Part shown: one piece after another, positions 16,187-24,031 of the stretch
Layout of the letters: each line of letters begins with the position of its first letter
Numbering within the stretch: the stretch's first letter is position 1
Source of the DNA: Candidatus Woesearchaeota archaeon
GTDB lineage: Archaea; Nanobdellota; Nanobdellia; SCGC-AAA011-G17; JAGVZH01
Length of the DNA stretch: 32,906 bases
Reading direction: 5' to 3'
NCBI GenBank assembly: GCA_018302745.1
Contig: JAGVZH010000002.1
Coordinates: forward strand, 1-32,906
Made by a program: the position numbers and the translations under genes
The notes under the pieces: model-generated
What the model saw: the letters and a program-made list of their open reading frames with translations, nothing else
What the model was told of the DNA's origin: nothing
Database searches by the model: none

Positions 16187-16788
16187 TATACTCTTAGGAA
16201 TGTATTTTTCAAGAGAACTTTTATTGTTCCTTTAAGGAATCTGCCTGTTGTTTTATCTCTGATTATTTTTGAATCTAAAACTATTGTATTATGGTGGTGC
16301 TGGGTTAATCTGTAACATCCTTTTTTCTCTTCAACAACATCTAAAGCAGAATCAAATTTCTTCATACTTTCTTTAAAATCTTTTATTATATCAGGGTCGC
16401 TATTTGAGAATAAAGCAATTTTTTTAGTATGACCCTCTGCTATAAAATATGCAAGAAGTTTTATTCTATGGTGAGGTATAGAATTATTTCCAAAACTATC
16501 TAATCTTCTTGGAACAGCTATTCTAGAACCAACTTTTAACTCATTTACAGGTCTCCAGCTTTTTATAGTTAATAAAGGATGTTCTGGGGTTAATTTAATT
16601 TCCCTACCACTTCTTAATCTTAAATGTATAAGATCTTTAACACTCCTTTTGAAGAAATCTCTTTTTTGTAATTTTTCGATTTTTAATTTTTCATTTAAAC
16701 CTAGAATTTTGTTTTTATTATTCTCTAATTCTTTAATCGGAATTTGCCTTCCATCATCCAACTGTATTAAAGTGTCTTCATGCACACA
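15539..16788 (-). mobile_element. Intein with LAGLIDADG homing-endonuclease domain, inserted in the Walker A P-loop; internally frameshifted
   Basis: Cys1 codon at 16788-16786 and terminal Asn codon at 15541-15539. Excision joins FICGKRGSGK|SYSQGV (GxxGxGKS). Blocks seen: A CVHEDTLIQLDDG, B GREIKLTPEHPLL, LLAYFIAEGH, FLNRLFSCDGS, HNFVANDIIVHN. The segment is 1250 nt, not a multiple of 3. Confidence 0.85.
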
Positions 16789-16974
16789 TTTCCCAGATCC
16801 CCTTTTACCGCATATGAATACAACATGAGATCTATTAACATCCATATAGATATTATTTGCTAAAGAAACTTCCCTGCCCATTTTAACATACTGTCTTCCA
16901 ATTAGGATTAGTCCTTTGTCGCCAAACCTTTTTTTATCAGCTTCGCTTCTGCCAACAATTATATCTGTACCCAT
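16186..16974 (-). CDS. HerA/DUF87-like P-loop ATPase: N-extein (62 aa, ending GKRGSGK) plus N-terminal intein part
   Basis: MGTDIIVGRSEADKKRFGDKGLILIGRQ...VVFICGKRGSGK, then the intein from Cys63. The ORF ends at TAA 16188-16186, which overlaps the ATG of the next ORF (TAATG). Confidence 0.8.
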   Translation of the reverse strand: MGTDIIVGRSEADKKRFGDKGLILIGRQYVKMGREVSLANNIYMDVNRSHVVFICGKRGSGKCVHEDTLIQLDDGRQIPIKELENNKNKILGLNEKLKIEKLQKRDFFKRSVKDLIHLRLRSGREIKLTPEHPLLTIKSWRPVNELKVGSRIAVPRRLDSFGNNSIPHHRIKLLAYFIAEGHTKKIALFSNSDPDIIKDFKESMKKFDSALDVVEEKKGCYRLTQHHHNTIVLDSKIIRDKTTGRFLKGTIKVLLKNTFLRV

Positions 16975-17005
16975 ATGACCCTCTTTTGCAAATTAAACAA
17001 AAAGC

Positions 17006-17020
17006 TTTTAAATATATAAG
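17006..17020. promoter_or_regulatory. TATA-like element TTTTAAATATATAAG shared by divergent herA-like and htpX genes
   Basis: Centred ~30 nt upstream of the htpX ATG (17044) and ~40 nt upstream of the minus-strand ATG (16974). The latter is preceded by GAGGGT, which is SD-like. Confidence 0.4.
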
Positions 17021-17043
17021 GATTTCTAATAGTAAATTCTAAC

Positions 17044-17892
17044 ATGGCAATAATAAACCATATTAAGACTGTACTTTTACTGGGAATATTAACAGCTATT
17101 TTATTATTCTTAGGAAGCTTATTTGGTCCAACTGGATTAACAGTGGCTATTGTGTTTGTAGCTGCAATGAACTTAATTACTTATTTCTTCTCTCACAAAT
17201 TAGTTTTATTAATATACAGGGCAAAGGAAGCAAAGAAATCAGATTATCCGAAATTGCATAAAACTATTGAAGAATTAGCTAAAAAAGCAAATATACCAAA
17301 ACCAAAAATTTATACAATACCTACAAATAATCTTAATGCGTTTGCATCGGGAAATTCTCCAAGAAATGCAGTAGTTGCCTGCACAGATGGAATTTTAAAA
17401 GCTTTAAATCATAATGAATTGGAAGGAGTATTAGCTCATGAGATAAGCCATGTTAAAAACAGAGATATCCTAATTACAACTATAGCTGCTACAATAGGAG
17501 GAATAATATCTTATCTAGCTATGATGGCAAGATTTGGCGCTATATTCGGAGGTATGGGGAACAATAGGGATTCTGGAAATATATTTGCATTACTAGCATT
17601 ATCAATATTAGCACCAATAGCAGCATTAGTTGTTCAATTGGCTATTTCAAGAACTAGGGAATATCAGGCAGATGCTTCTGGAGCAAAATTGATCAAAGAT
17701 GGAGAGCCTTTAGCCTCTGCATTAATTAAATTACATGAGCACAATAAGCATAATCCAATAAGATTTGGCAGCCCTGCAACCTCTTCTTTGTTTATTATTA
17801 ATCCTTTTAGCTCAAGCTTTTTAGTCAATATTTTATCAACGCATCCTGATTATAAAAAGCGAGTTGAAAGATTAAAGGGCATGAAGTTTTAA
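17044..17892 (+). CDS. htpX: Zinc metalloprotease HtpX (M48 family)
   Basis: HEISHVKNRD (HExxH), two N-terminal and two central TM helices, and downstream EYQADA. 282 aa. Confidence 0.9.
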   Translation: MAIINHIKTVLLLGILTAILLFLGSLFGPTGLTVAIVFVAAMNLITYFFSHKLVLLIYRAKEAKKSDYPKLHKTIEELAKKANIPKPKIYTIPTNNLNAFASGNSPRNAVVACTDGILKALNHNELEGVLAHEISHVKNRDILITTIAATIGGIISYLAMMARFGAIFGGMGNNRDSGNIFALLALSILAPIAALVVQLAISRTREYQADASGAKLIKDGEPLASALIKLHEHNKHNPIRFGSPATSSLFIINPFSSSFLVNILSTHPDYKKRVERLKGMKF

Positions 17893-18180
17893 TTAATTTA
17901 TCTTTTCAAGGAATTGTTTAATTTCGCTAACTTTTCTTGGATTCAAAGAAACATGATCACTAGTTCCTTTGCCTGTTCTTTTTGGAAGAATAATTATCCA
18001 TTCATTATTAGTTAATTTTTTTAATGTTTTTTCTACTGCTTTTTGCCCTTTGTGAGTGTTTCTATAATGTTCTGGGACTCCTTTTACAACAAAGTCAAGT
18101 GGAGTATGTTTTCCTCCCCAAACATTTGTACGGACAAGCTTTTGCAGAATAATCTTTTTTAGTTTATCCTCTTCTTCCAT
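17893..18180 (-). CDS. Hypothetical small protein (95 aa), possibly winged-helix
   Basis: ORF abuts the htpX stop with zero spacing (TAATTA). No family recognised. Confidence 0.4.
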   Translation of the reverse strand: MEEEDKLKKIILQKLVRTNVWGGKHTPLDFVVKGVPEHYRNTHKGQKAVEKTLKKLTNNEWIIILPKRTGKGTSDHVSLNPRKVSEIKQFLEKIN

Positions 18181-18284
18181 AAATAGTGTGATGGATTTAA
18201 TTCTTAATAAGCATTGCCTTCGCTTTTTATATATTGATATATAAAAAAGAAAGATTTAAATAATAGCTTATTCTTACAAAGAAC

Positions 18285-18443
18285 ATGGCAGAAGAATCAA
18301 TATTCTTAGAACATGTGGGAGACAGCCCAAGAATGAGAGTCTTACAATACTTAATAGAAGGCAGGGATTTTGATTTTACTCTAACAGATATGCTTAATGC
18401 TGGAGTAAGCTGGGGAACCTTAAATATGCTAATCCCTAAATGA
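18285..18443 (+). CDS. Short ORF (52 aa) resembling the N-terminal half of a small archaeal winged-helix regulator; possibly truncated
   Basis: Hand translation gives MAEESIFLEHVGDSPRMRVLQYLIEGRDFDFTLTDMLNAGVSWGTLNMLIPK*. The GDSPR-RVL-L pattern is HTH-like, but the recognition-helix/wing part is missing. It is below the ORF-track size cutoff. Confidence 0.3.
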   Translation: MAEESIFLEHVGDSPRMRVLQYLIEGRDFDFTLTDMLNAGVSWGTLNMLIPK

Positions 18444-18545
18444 AGTTGAAGTTCCAGCGCAATAAATATTGCTGATGTAGAAGTAAACAGGTGGCTTAAA
18501 ACAATTAATAAAAAACTTTATAAATAGCCTTCTTTCAAAGAGACT

Positions 18546-18830
18546 ATGAAAGTTTCAGAATTACAGGCAAGACAGGGAAAAGTAAATATAGAACTGGAAA
18601 TTATTTCTGTTGAGACTCCAAGAGAATTTAATAAATTTGGAAATACAGGAAGGGTTGCAAATGCAGCAGCAAAGGATGATTCTGGAGAAATAAAATTAAC
18701 TTTATGGAATGGAGAGATAGACCAGGTAAAAGCAGGGGATAAAGTTAGAATAACAAATGGTTATGTTTCAGAATTCCAAGGAGAAAAGCAGTTGTCAGCA
18801 GGAAAATTTGGAAAGTTAGAAATTATTTAG
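18546..18830 (+). CDS. Single OB-fold ssDNA-binding protein (short RPA/SSB-like)
   Basis: 94 aa. VNIELEIISV...RVANAAAKDDSGEIKLTLWNGEIDQVKAGDKVRITNGYVSEFQGEKQLS is the classic OB pattern of short archaeal RPA-like proteins. Confidence 0.7.
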   Translation: MKVSELQARQGKVNIELEIISVETPREFNKFGNTGRVANAAAKDDSGEIKLTLWNGEIDQVKAGDKVRITNGYVSEFQGEKQLSAGKFGKLEII

Positions 18831-19982
18831 CCAGCTAATCTCATCATCATTCAATTCTAATTCATTACTCACGTCCTTATCTATAAAATTTTTATAATAC
18901 TCAAAATTCTTGATGCTTTGCTTAACAGAAGTGTGAACCTTATCTGCCATCTTTTCTGCTATCGATTTCTTTTTGGCATTTTTAATATTTGCCTGCCATA
19001 TCTTCAGTGGCTTCATGCTTCTCTTGTAATTTACAAATCTCATATTTCCATCTTTCAGAGAATTTATCCCTATAGTCATCAAAGCATTCATATAAACTAA
19101 AAATCTCCAGTACTGCCACCTTTTTATTCTTCCGTCATAAACTTTGACTCTGGACAAATAATCAAAAGCCTTTCTTAATTTTTCTCCTTTATGCTCTAAA
19201 GGGATATTCTCTTCAATCCATAAAAAACATTCATCAAGATTAGCATTTACATCTTCAAAAACATTCAAAACGTTTATTCCTTTATCTTCTTGGAAAACTA
19301 TTGACAATGAATTGAAAATAGTTTCTTCTTTTTTCCTCTTGCCAAGTAAATCCAGGTCATTCAATGTTATTTCTTTTTTATTTACAAATACTTGTATGTC
19401 ATTGATACAGGCTCTTAAGTCGTTTCTATTGCTCTTCACTAAATCTTCTAAAACTTCTCTTTTAGCATAAATCCCTTCTTTTGAGCAGATATAAGAGAGA
19501 AAATTAACAATATCATAATTTTTTAAGTCATCAAATTTTATTAACTGGCATTTTTTCTTTAAATCATTAAGCTTCTTGTCATAAGGATCATTAGCAGTCA
19601 TAATAACTGGAAATTTGGCTTTGGATATTAATTTTGCCAGAACTTGTATTCCACCTCTGTCTTTAACTCCTGAAAAATTATCAACTTCATCTATCAAGAT
19701 TATCTTTCCTTTAGAAAACAAGCTTTCCTGCTTTAGGCTGTTTCCAACTATCCTTTCAATATTTTCCTTGTTTCTAATCTCACTTGAATTAATCTCAAAA
19801 ACTTCATAACCAATATCATTTGCTAATGCATAAACAGAACATGTTTTTCCGTTTCCAACACTTCCCCAGATTATTACAGGAGTTTTTTCTTTAACATGCT
19901 TTAATAATTCTTTTAATTGTTTTTCCTGACCAACAACCTCCTTTAAGTTTGCAGGTTTGTATTTTTCTGTAAGAAGTTTCAT
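18816..19982 (-). CDS. rfcL: Replication factor C large subunit
   Basis: TEKYKPANLKEVVGQ, Walker A GSVGNGKT, EINSSEIR, Walker B ILIDEVD, and GG...MTANDPY. Confidence 0.85.
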   Translation of the reverse strand: MKLLTEKYKPANLKEVVGQEKQLKELLKHVKEKTPVIIWGSVGNGKTCSVYALANDIGYEVFEINSSEIRNKENIERIVGNSLKQESLFSKGKIILIDEVDNFSGVKDRGGIQVLAKLISKAKFPVIMTANDPYDKKLNDLKKKCQLIKFDDLKNYDIVNFLSYICSKEGIYAKREVLEDLVKSNRNDLRACINDIQVFVNKKEITLNDLDLLGKRKKEETIFNSLSIVFQEDKGINVLNVFEDVNANLDECFLWIEENIPLEHKGEKLRKAFDYLSRVKVYDGRIKRWQYWRFLVYMNALMTIGINSLKDGNMRFVNYKRSMKPLKIWQANIKNAKKKSIAEKMADKVHTSVKQSIKNFEYYKNFIDKDVSNELELNDDEISWLNNF

Positions 19983-20974
19983 TTTGAAAAAGATGCCAAT
20001 AAAGCTTCCAGCTGAACATATTCATCACTACCTTCTACCATTCTAAATTCAATCTCTCCACATTTATCAACTAAATCAACTTTTTTAGTTTGATCAATAT
20101 CTAGATTCCATATTTCTTTTTGTATTTGTTTTATGATATCTAATCCGCTCAATCCGTGTTTTAGCATAACATCCAGCAATTTATTTCTAGCCTTAACAAA
20201 TTCACTGTTCAAAGCCAATTCAAGAATCTCTTTGATTTCTTTGGGTTTTGCCTGGCTTACAATATCATAAATTAACTTATCATCGATGTTTTTGCTTATT
20301 GAAGCGCAGCTTTGCAGAATATTTTCTAACTTCCTGCAGTCTCCTTCAGAAATTTCATATAAACTGTCAATCGCAGAATTGCTTATCTTTAAACCTTCTT
20401 CTTTGGCAATTTTATCTATAATTTTTTTAATCTCTTCCTTTGCCAGAGGCTTAAATCTAAAAACAGTGCATCTGCTTTGGATTGGATCTATGATCTTTGA
20501 TGAAAAATTGCAGCTTAAAATAAATCTGCACGTATTTGAATAAGTTTCCATGGTTCTTCTCAAGGCTTGTTGCGCTTCTTTAGTTAGGGAATCGCATTCA
20601 TCCAAATAAATAATCTTAAATGGGAAATCACCAATCGCTTTAGTTCTTGCAAAGTCCTTAATTGTATTTCTTACTACATCGATGCCTCTGTCATCACTAG
20701 CATTCGTCTCCAAAAAATTACTCTTCCAATTTTCGCCATATAATTTTTTTGCTACTACCAGAGATAAAGAAGTCTTTCCAGTGCCGCTGTAGCCTGCGAA
20801 AAGCAAGTGAGGCATATTCTTTAATTCCACAAAAGCCTTTACTCTTTCAACTATTTTGTCCTGACCTTTAATGTCCTCAAAAGTCTGCGGACGGAATTTC
20901 TCTATCCAAATCTTTGATTCATTTCCCCCCATTTTAGCCATAAAACACTTAATATTTATATAAGTTTGGTTCAT
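19979..20974 (-). CDS. rfcS: Replication factor C small subunit (true start probably Met12 at 20941 or Met15 at 20932)
   Basis: WIEKFRPQTFEDIKGQ, GYSGTGKTS, NASDDRGID, YLDECD, SRC motif (QSRCTVFRF). TATA-like TTTATAAAG and TTATATAAAT lie at or inside the first 11 codons. Confidence 0.9.
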   Translation of the reverse strand: MNQTYINIKCFMAKMGGNESKIWIEKFRPQTFEDIKGQDKIVERVKAFVELKNMPHLLFAGYSGTGKTSLSLVVAKKLYGENWKSNFLETNASDDRGIDVVRNTIKDFARTKAIGDFPFKIIYLDECDSLTKEAQQALRRTMETYSNTCRFILSCNFSSKIIDPIQSRCTVFRFKPLAKEEIKKIIDKIAKEEGLKISNSAIDSLYEISEGDCRKLENILQSCASISKNIDDKLIYDIVSQAKPKEIKEILELALNSEFVKARNKLLDVMLKHGLSGLDIIKQIQKEIWNLDIDQTKKVDLVDKCGEIEFRMVEGSDEYVQLEALLASFSK

Positions 20975-21001
20975 AGTCTTTATAAACCCGTATAATGGAA
21001 T

Positions 21002-21014
21002 AAAATATATAAAT
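21002..21014 (+). promoter_or_regulatory. TATA-like element AAAATATATAAAT upstream of archaeal ileS
   Basis: Centred ~28 nt upstream of ATG 21036, which suggests a leaderless or near-leaderless transcript. Confidence 0.4.
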
Positions 21015-21035
21015 CACGATTAATAGTCAAAGAAA

Positions 21036-23942
21036 ATGTATGATTTTAAAAAAGTAGAGCAGGAAGCAAGAGATTATTGGAAGAAAATAAATTTATTAGA
21101 AAAAATAAATAAAAAAAATAAATCCAATAAAAACTATTTTTTATTAGATGGTCCGCCATACGCTAATGATATACCTCATGTGGGCCATGTAAGAAATACA
21201 GTCTATAAAGATTTTAATATAAGGCTGGCATTCTTAAAAGGCTATAATGTGCTTTTTCAGCCGGGTTTTGATACGCATGGTCTTCCAATTGAAAATAAAG
21301 TAGAAAAAAAACTAAATCTAAAATCAAAAAAAGATATAGAAAAATTAGGAATTAAAAAATTTACTGAATTATGCAAAGCATCTGCAACTGATAATAAAGA
21401 TTTGTGGATGGATGTTTATGATAAACTAGGCTCATGGTACTCATGGAAAGAACCTTATTTAACCTATAACAATTCTTATTTAGAGTCTGCATGGTGGACT
21501 TTTAAACAAATTTGGGATAAAGGATATGTTTACGAAGGAAAAAAGCCGGTTTTTTGGTGCCCTTCTTGTGAAACTGCATTAGCAGGCTATGAAGTTACAG
21601 ATTCTTATGCTATGAAAAAAGATCCTTACATTCTGATCAAATTTAAAGTTAAAAACACTAAAAACGACTTTTTATTAGTCTTCACAACTACTCCTTGGAC
21701 TTTAATCTCAAATGTGGCTATAGCAGCCAAAGCTGACGAAAACTATACTAAAGTTGAAACCTCTCAAGGAAATCTGATTTTGGCAAAGGAAAGGTTAGAA
21801 GTCCTTACTGAAGCTGGTATAGGATATAAAATATTAGAAGAATTCAAGGGCAAGAAATTGGATGGCATAGAGTATGAACATATTATAGATGTTCCAGAAC
21901 AGAAAGAATTAGAAAAAAATCCAAGAGCACATAAAGTTTACATGTCAGTTCCAATATTAAAAGAAAGAGTTTCTGCGAAAATGAGAACTAAAAAAGAGAC
22001 TAAAGGTGAAGATGTTTTTGAGGATTTTGTAACTGTCAAAGAGGGTACAGGTTTGGTGCACACTGCTCCAGGACATGGTAAAACAGACAATGAAGTTGGA
22101 AAACATTATGGATTGCCAGAACCATCACCATTAGATGATTCATGTAGATATACGGATGAAGCAGGACAATTCTCTGGCATGTTTGTAAAAGATGCAGATA
22201 AAGATATCTTAGAAGTTTTAGAAAAAACAGGAAAATTGTTGTTTAGCTCAACTGTATCCCATAAGTATCCTTTATGCTGGAGATGTAAATCACCTTTAAT
22301 TTTTAGATTAAGCAACCAATGGTTCATAAAAATAGATCCAGTTAAGCAAAAGATGCTTGACGGAAACAAAAAAGTTGACTGGTATCCGGAATTTGCAAGA
22401 GAAAGATTTGAAGCATGGGTTTTAAATGCAGATGACTGGAATGTTTCAAGACAGAGATATTGGGGTATCCCTATGCCTATATGGAAATGCATCTGCGGTG
22501 AGATAAAAGTTATCGGATCTTTGAAAGAATTAGAAAAAAATTCTACGAAAAAATTATCAAGTAACTTTGATTTGCATATCGCCTCTGAAGTAAAATTAAA
22601 ATGTGATAAATGCAAAGAGGAGATGAAAAGGATAAATGATATATTTGATGTATGGTTTGATTCAGGAGTTGCTCCCTGGGCATCATTAGGATATCCTTTT
22701 GAGGGTAAAAAGCTGTTTGAAGAGCACTATCCTGTTAGCAGAATAAATGAATCTCAGGATCAAATTAGGGGATGGTTTTATTCGCTGATGTTTTGCGGAG
22801 TTGCCGCGCATGATAAAATTCCCTATAAAGAGGTTTCCATGCCTGGTTGGGTGGTTGATGATAAAGGAGAAAAAATGTCAAAATCTGTAGGTAATGTTGT
22901 TTATGCGAAAGATGCAATTGAAGAAGTTGGTGCAGATAACCTAAGATTTTATTATATGTGGGATATTGCTCCTTACAGTTTACAATTATTCAACAAAGAT
23001 GCAATTAAAAAAGAAGTTTGGAAAGTGTTTAATGTATTGGTAAATCTAAATACTTATTTAACTAACCTGACAGATAAAATAAAAAAAGTAAGTATCAAAG
23101 AAATTGAGGATAAATGGCTCTTATCAAAGCTTAATACTCTAATCAAAGAATATTCTGAAAATTTAGATAAATTTGAATACCATACAGCAACAAGGAAGTT
23201 GTCAGAGTTTATTCTTAATAATTTAAGCAGAGAATATATCCATATGATAAGGGAAAGAGCAGATAATAAGGATGAAGCTGTTGCTTATGTCATCTTTGAA
23301 TCCTTATCTAAAGTATTATCTTTATTAGCACCAATCACACCCCACTTATCTGAAAATGAATATCAAAAACTAAAAGAAAAATATGCACTAAAAGATGAGT
23401 CTGTCCATTTGTTGGGGTGGCCTAAAGAGGATAAAAAATCAATTAACTCCGAGCTAGAACAAAATTTTGAAATTATAAAAGATATAATCACAAAAATATT
23501 ATCTGAAAGGGAAAAAATAAAATTAGGTGTAAGATGGCCATTATCTTCTGTTGAAGTTAATTGTGACAGTAAAACAGAAAAAGCTGTAAAAACATTATCA
23601 AAAATAATAGAGGTACAAACCAATATCAGGAGATTAAAAACAAAGGAAGCAAAAGAATTAAGCATAATATTGGATTCAAAGCTCACGCCTGAATTAGAAA
23701 GAGAAGGATACGCTAGGGAAATAGCCAGAAAAATACAGGCATTAAGAAAAAATGCAGGATTAAACAAATCAGATGAAATTAATTTATCAATTAACTCAGA
23801 GTATTCTTTGGCTGAACTAGAGAGCTATATAAAAAATAAAGTAGGGGCAGCAAAATTAATCTTTGAAAAATCTGAATATAAAAATAAATTTAAAGAAAAA
23901 ATCAAAGACAATACATTCGAAATAGCTTTTGATAAATTATAA
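21036..23942 (+). CDS. ileS: Isoleucyl-tRNA synthetase, archaeal type
   Basis: 968 aa with PPYANDIPHVGH (HIGH), GFDTHGLPIE, FWCPSCETALAGYEV, TTTPWTL, DWNVSRQRYWGIPMPIW and KMSKS. Confidence 0.9.
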   Translation: MYDFKKVEQEARDYWKKINLLEKINKKNKSNKNYFLLDGPPYANDIPHVGHVRNTVYKDFNIRLAFLKGYNVLFQPGFDTHGLPIENKVEKKLNLKSKKDIEKLGIKKFTELCKASATDNKDLWMDVYDKLGSWYSWKEPYLTYNNSYLESAWWTFKQIWDKGYVYEGKKPVFWCPSCETALAGYEVTDSYAMKKDPYILIKFKVKNTKNDFLLVFTTTPWTLISNVAIAAKADENYTKVETSQGNLILAKERLEVLTEAGIGYKILEEFKGKKLDGIEYEHIIDVPEQKELEKNPRAHKVYMSVPILKERVSAKMRTKKETKGEDVFEDFVTVKEGTGLVHTAPGHGKTDNEVGKHYGLPEPSPLDDSCRYTDEAGQFSGMFVKDADKDILEVLEKTGKLLFSSTVSHKYPLCWRCKSPLIFRLSNQWFIKIDPVKQKMLDGNKKVDWYPEFARERFEAWVLNADDWNVSRQRYWGIPMPIWKCICGEIKVIGSLKELEKNSTKKLSSNFDLHIASEVKLKCDKCKEEMKRINDIFDVWFDSGVAPWASLGYPFEGKKLFEEHYPVSRINESQDQIRGWFYSLMFCGVAAHDKIPYKEVSMPGWVVDDKGEKMSKSVGNVVYAKDAIEEVGADNLRFYYMWDIAPYSLQLFNKDAIKKEVWKVFNVLVNLNTYLTNLTDKIKKVSIKEIEDKWLLSKLNTLIKEYSENLDKFEYHTATRKLSEFILNNLSREYIHMIRERADNKDEAVAYVIFESLSKVLSLLAPITPHLSENEYQKLKEKYALKDESVHLLGWPKEDKKSINSELEQNFEIIKDIITKILSEREKIKLGVRWPLSSVEVNCDSKTEKAVKTLSKIIEVQTNIRRLKTKEAKELSIILDSKLTPELEREGYAREIARKIQALRKNAGLNKSDEINLSINSEYSLAELESYIKNKVGAAKLIFEKSEYKNKFKEKIKDNTFEIAFDKL

Positions 23943-24031
23943 CTTAGAAGTAATGAACATTTTGTTTATAAATAGTTTTATATATCTTTCTATCTTTTAA
24001 AATAAAAATTTACTTTTGAGGGGGTTAAATT

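Noticed and set aside
16186-16234. Programmed -1 ribosomal frameshifting to read through the intein frameshift.
   Set aside because: No canonical X_XXY_YYZ slippery heptamer lies in the correct frame (G_AAA_AAT is the closest), and I could see no obvious downstream stimulatory structure. An indel or a genuine split is the simpler explanation.
20942-20974. First 11 codons of the rfcS track ORF (MNQTYINIKCF).
   Set aside because: TATA-like sequences lie at or inside these codons, and RFC small subunits normally begin ~8-14 residues before the W-EK-RP motif. A start at Met12 or Met15 is more likely.
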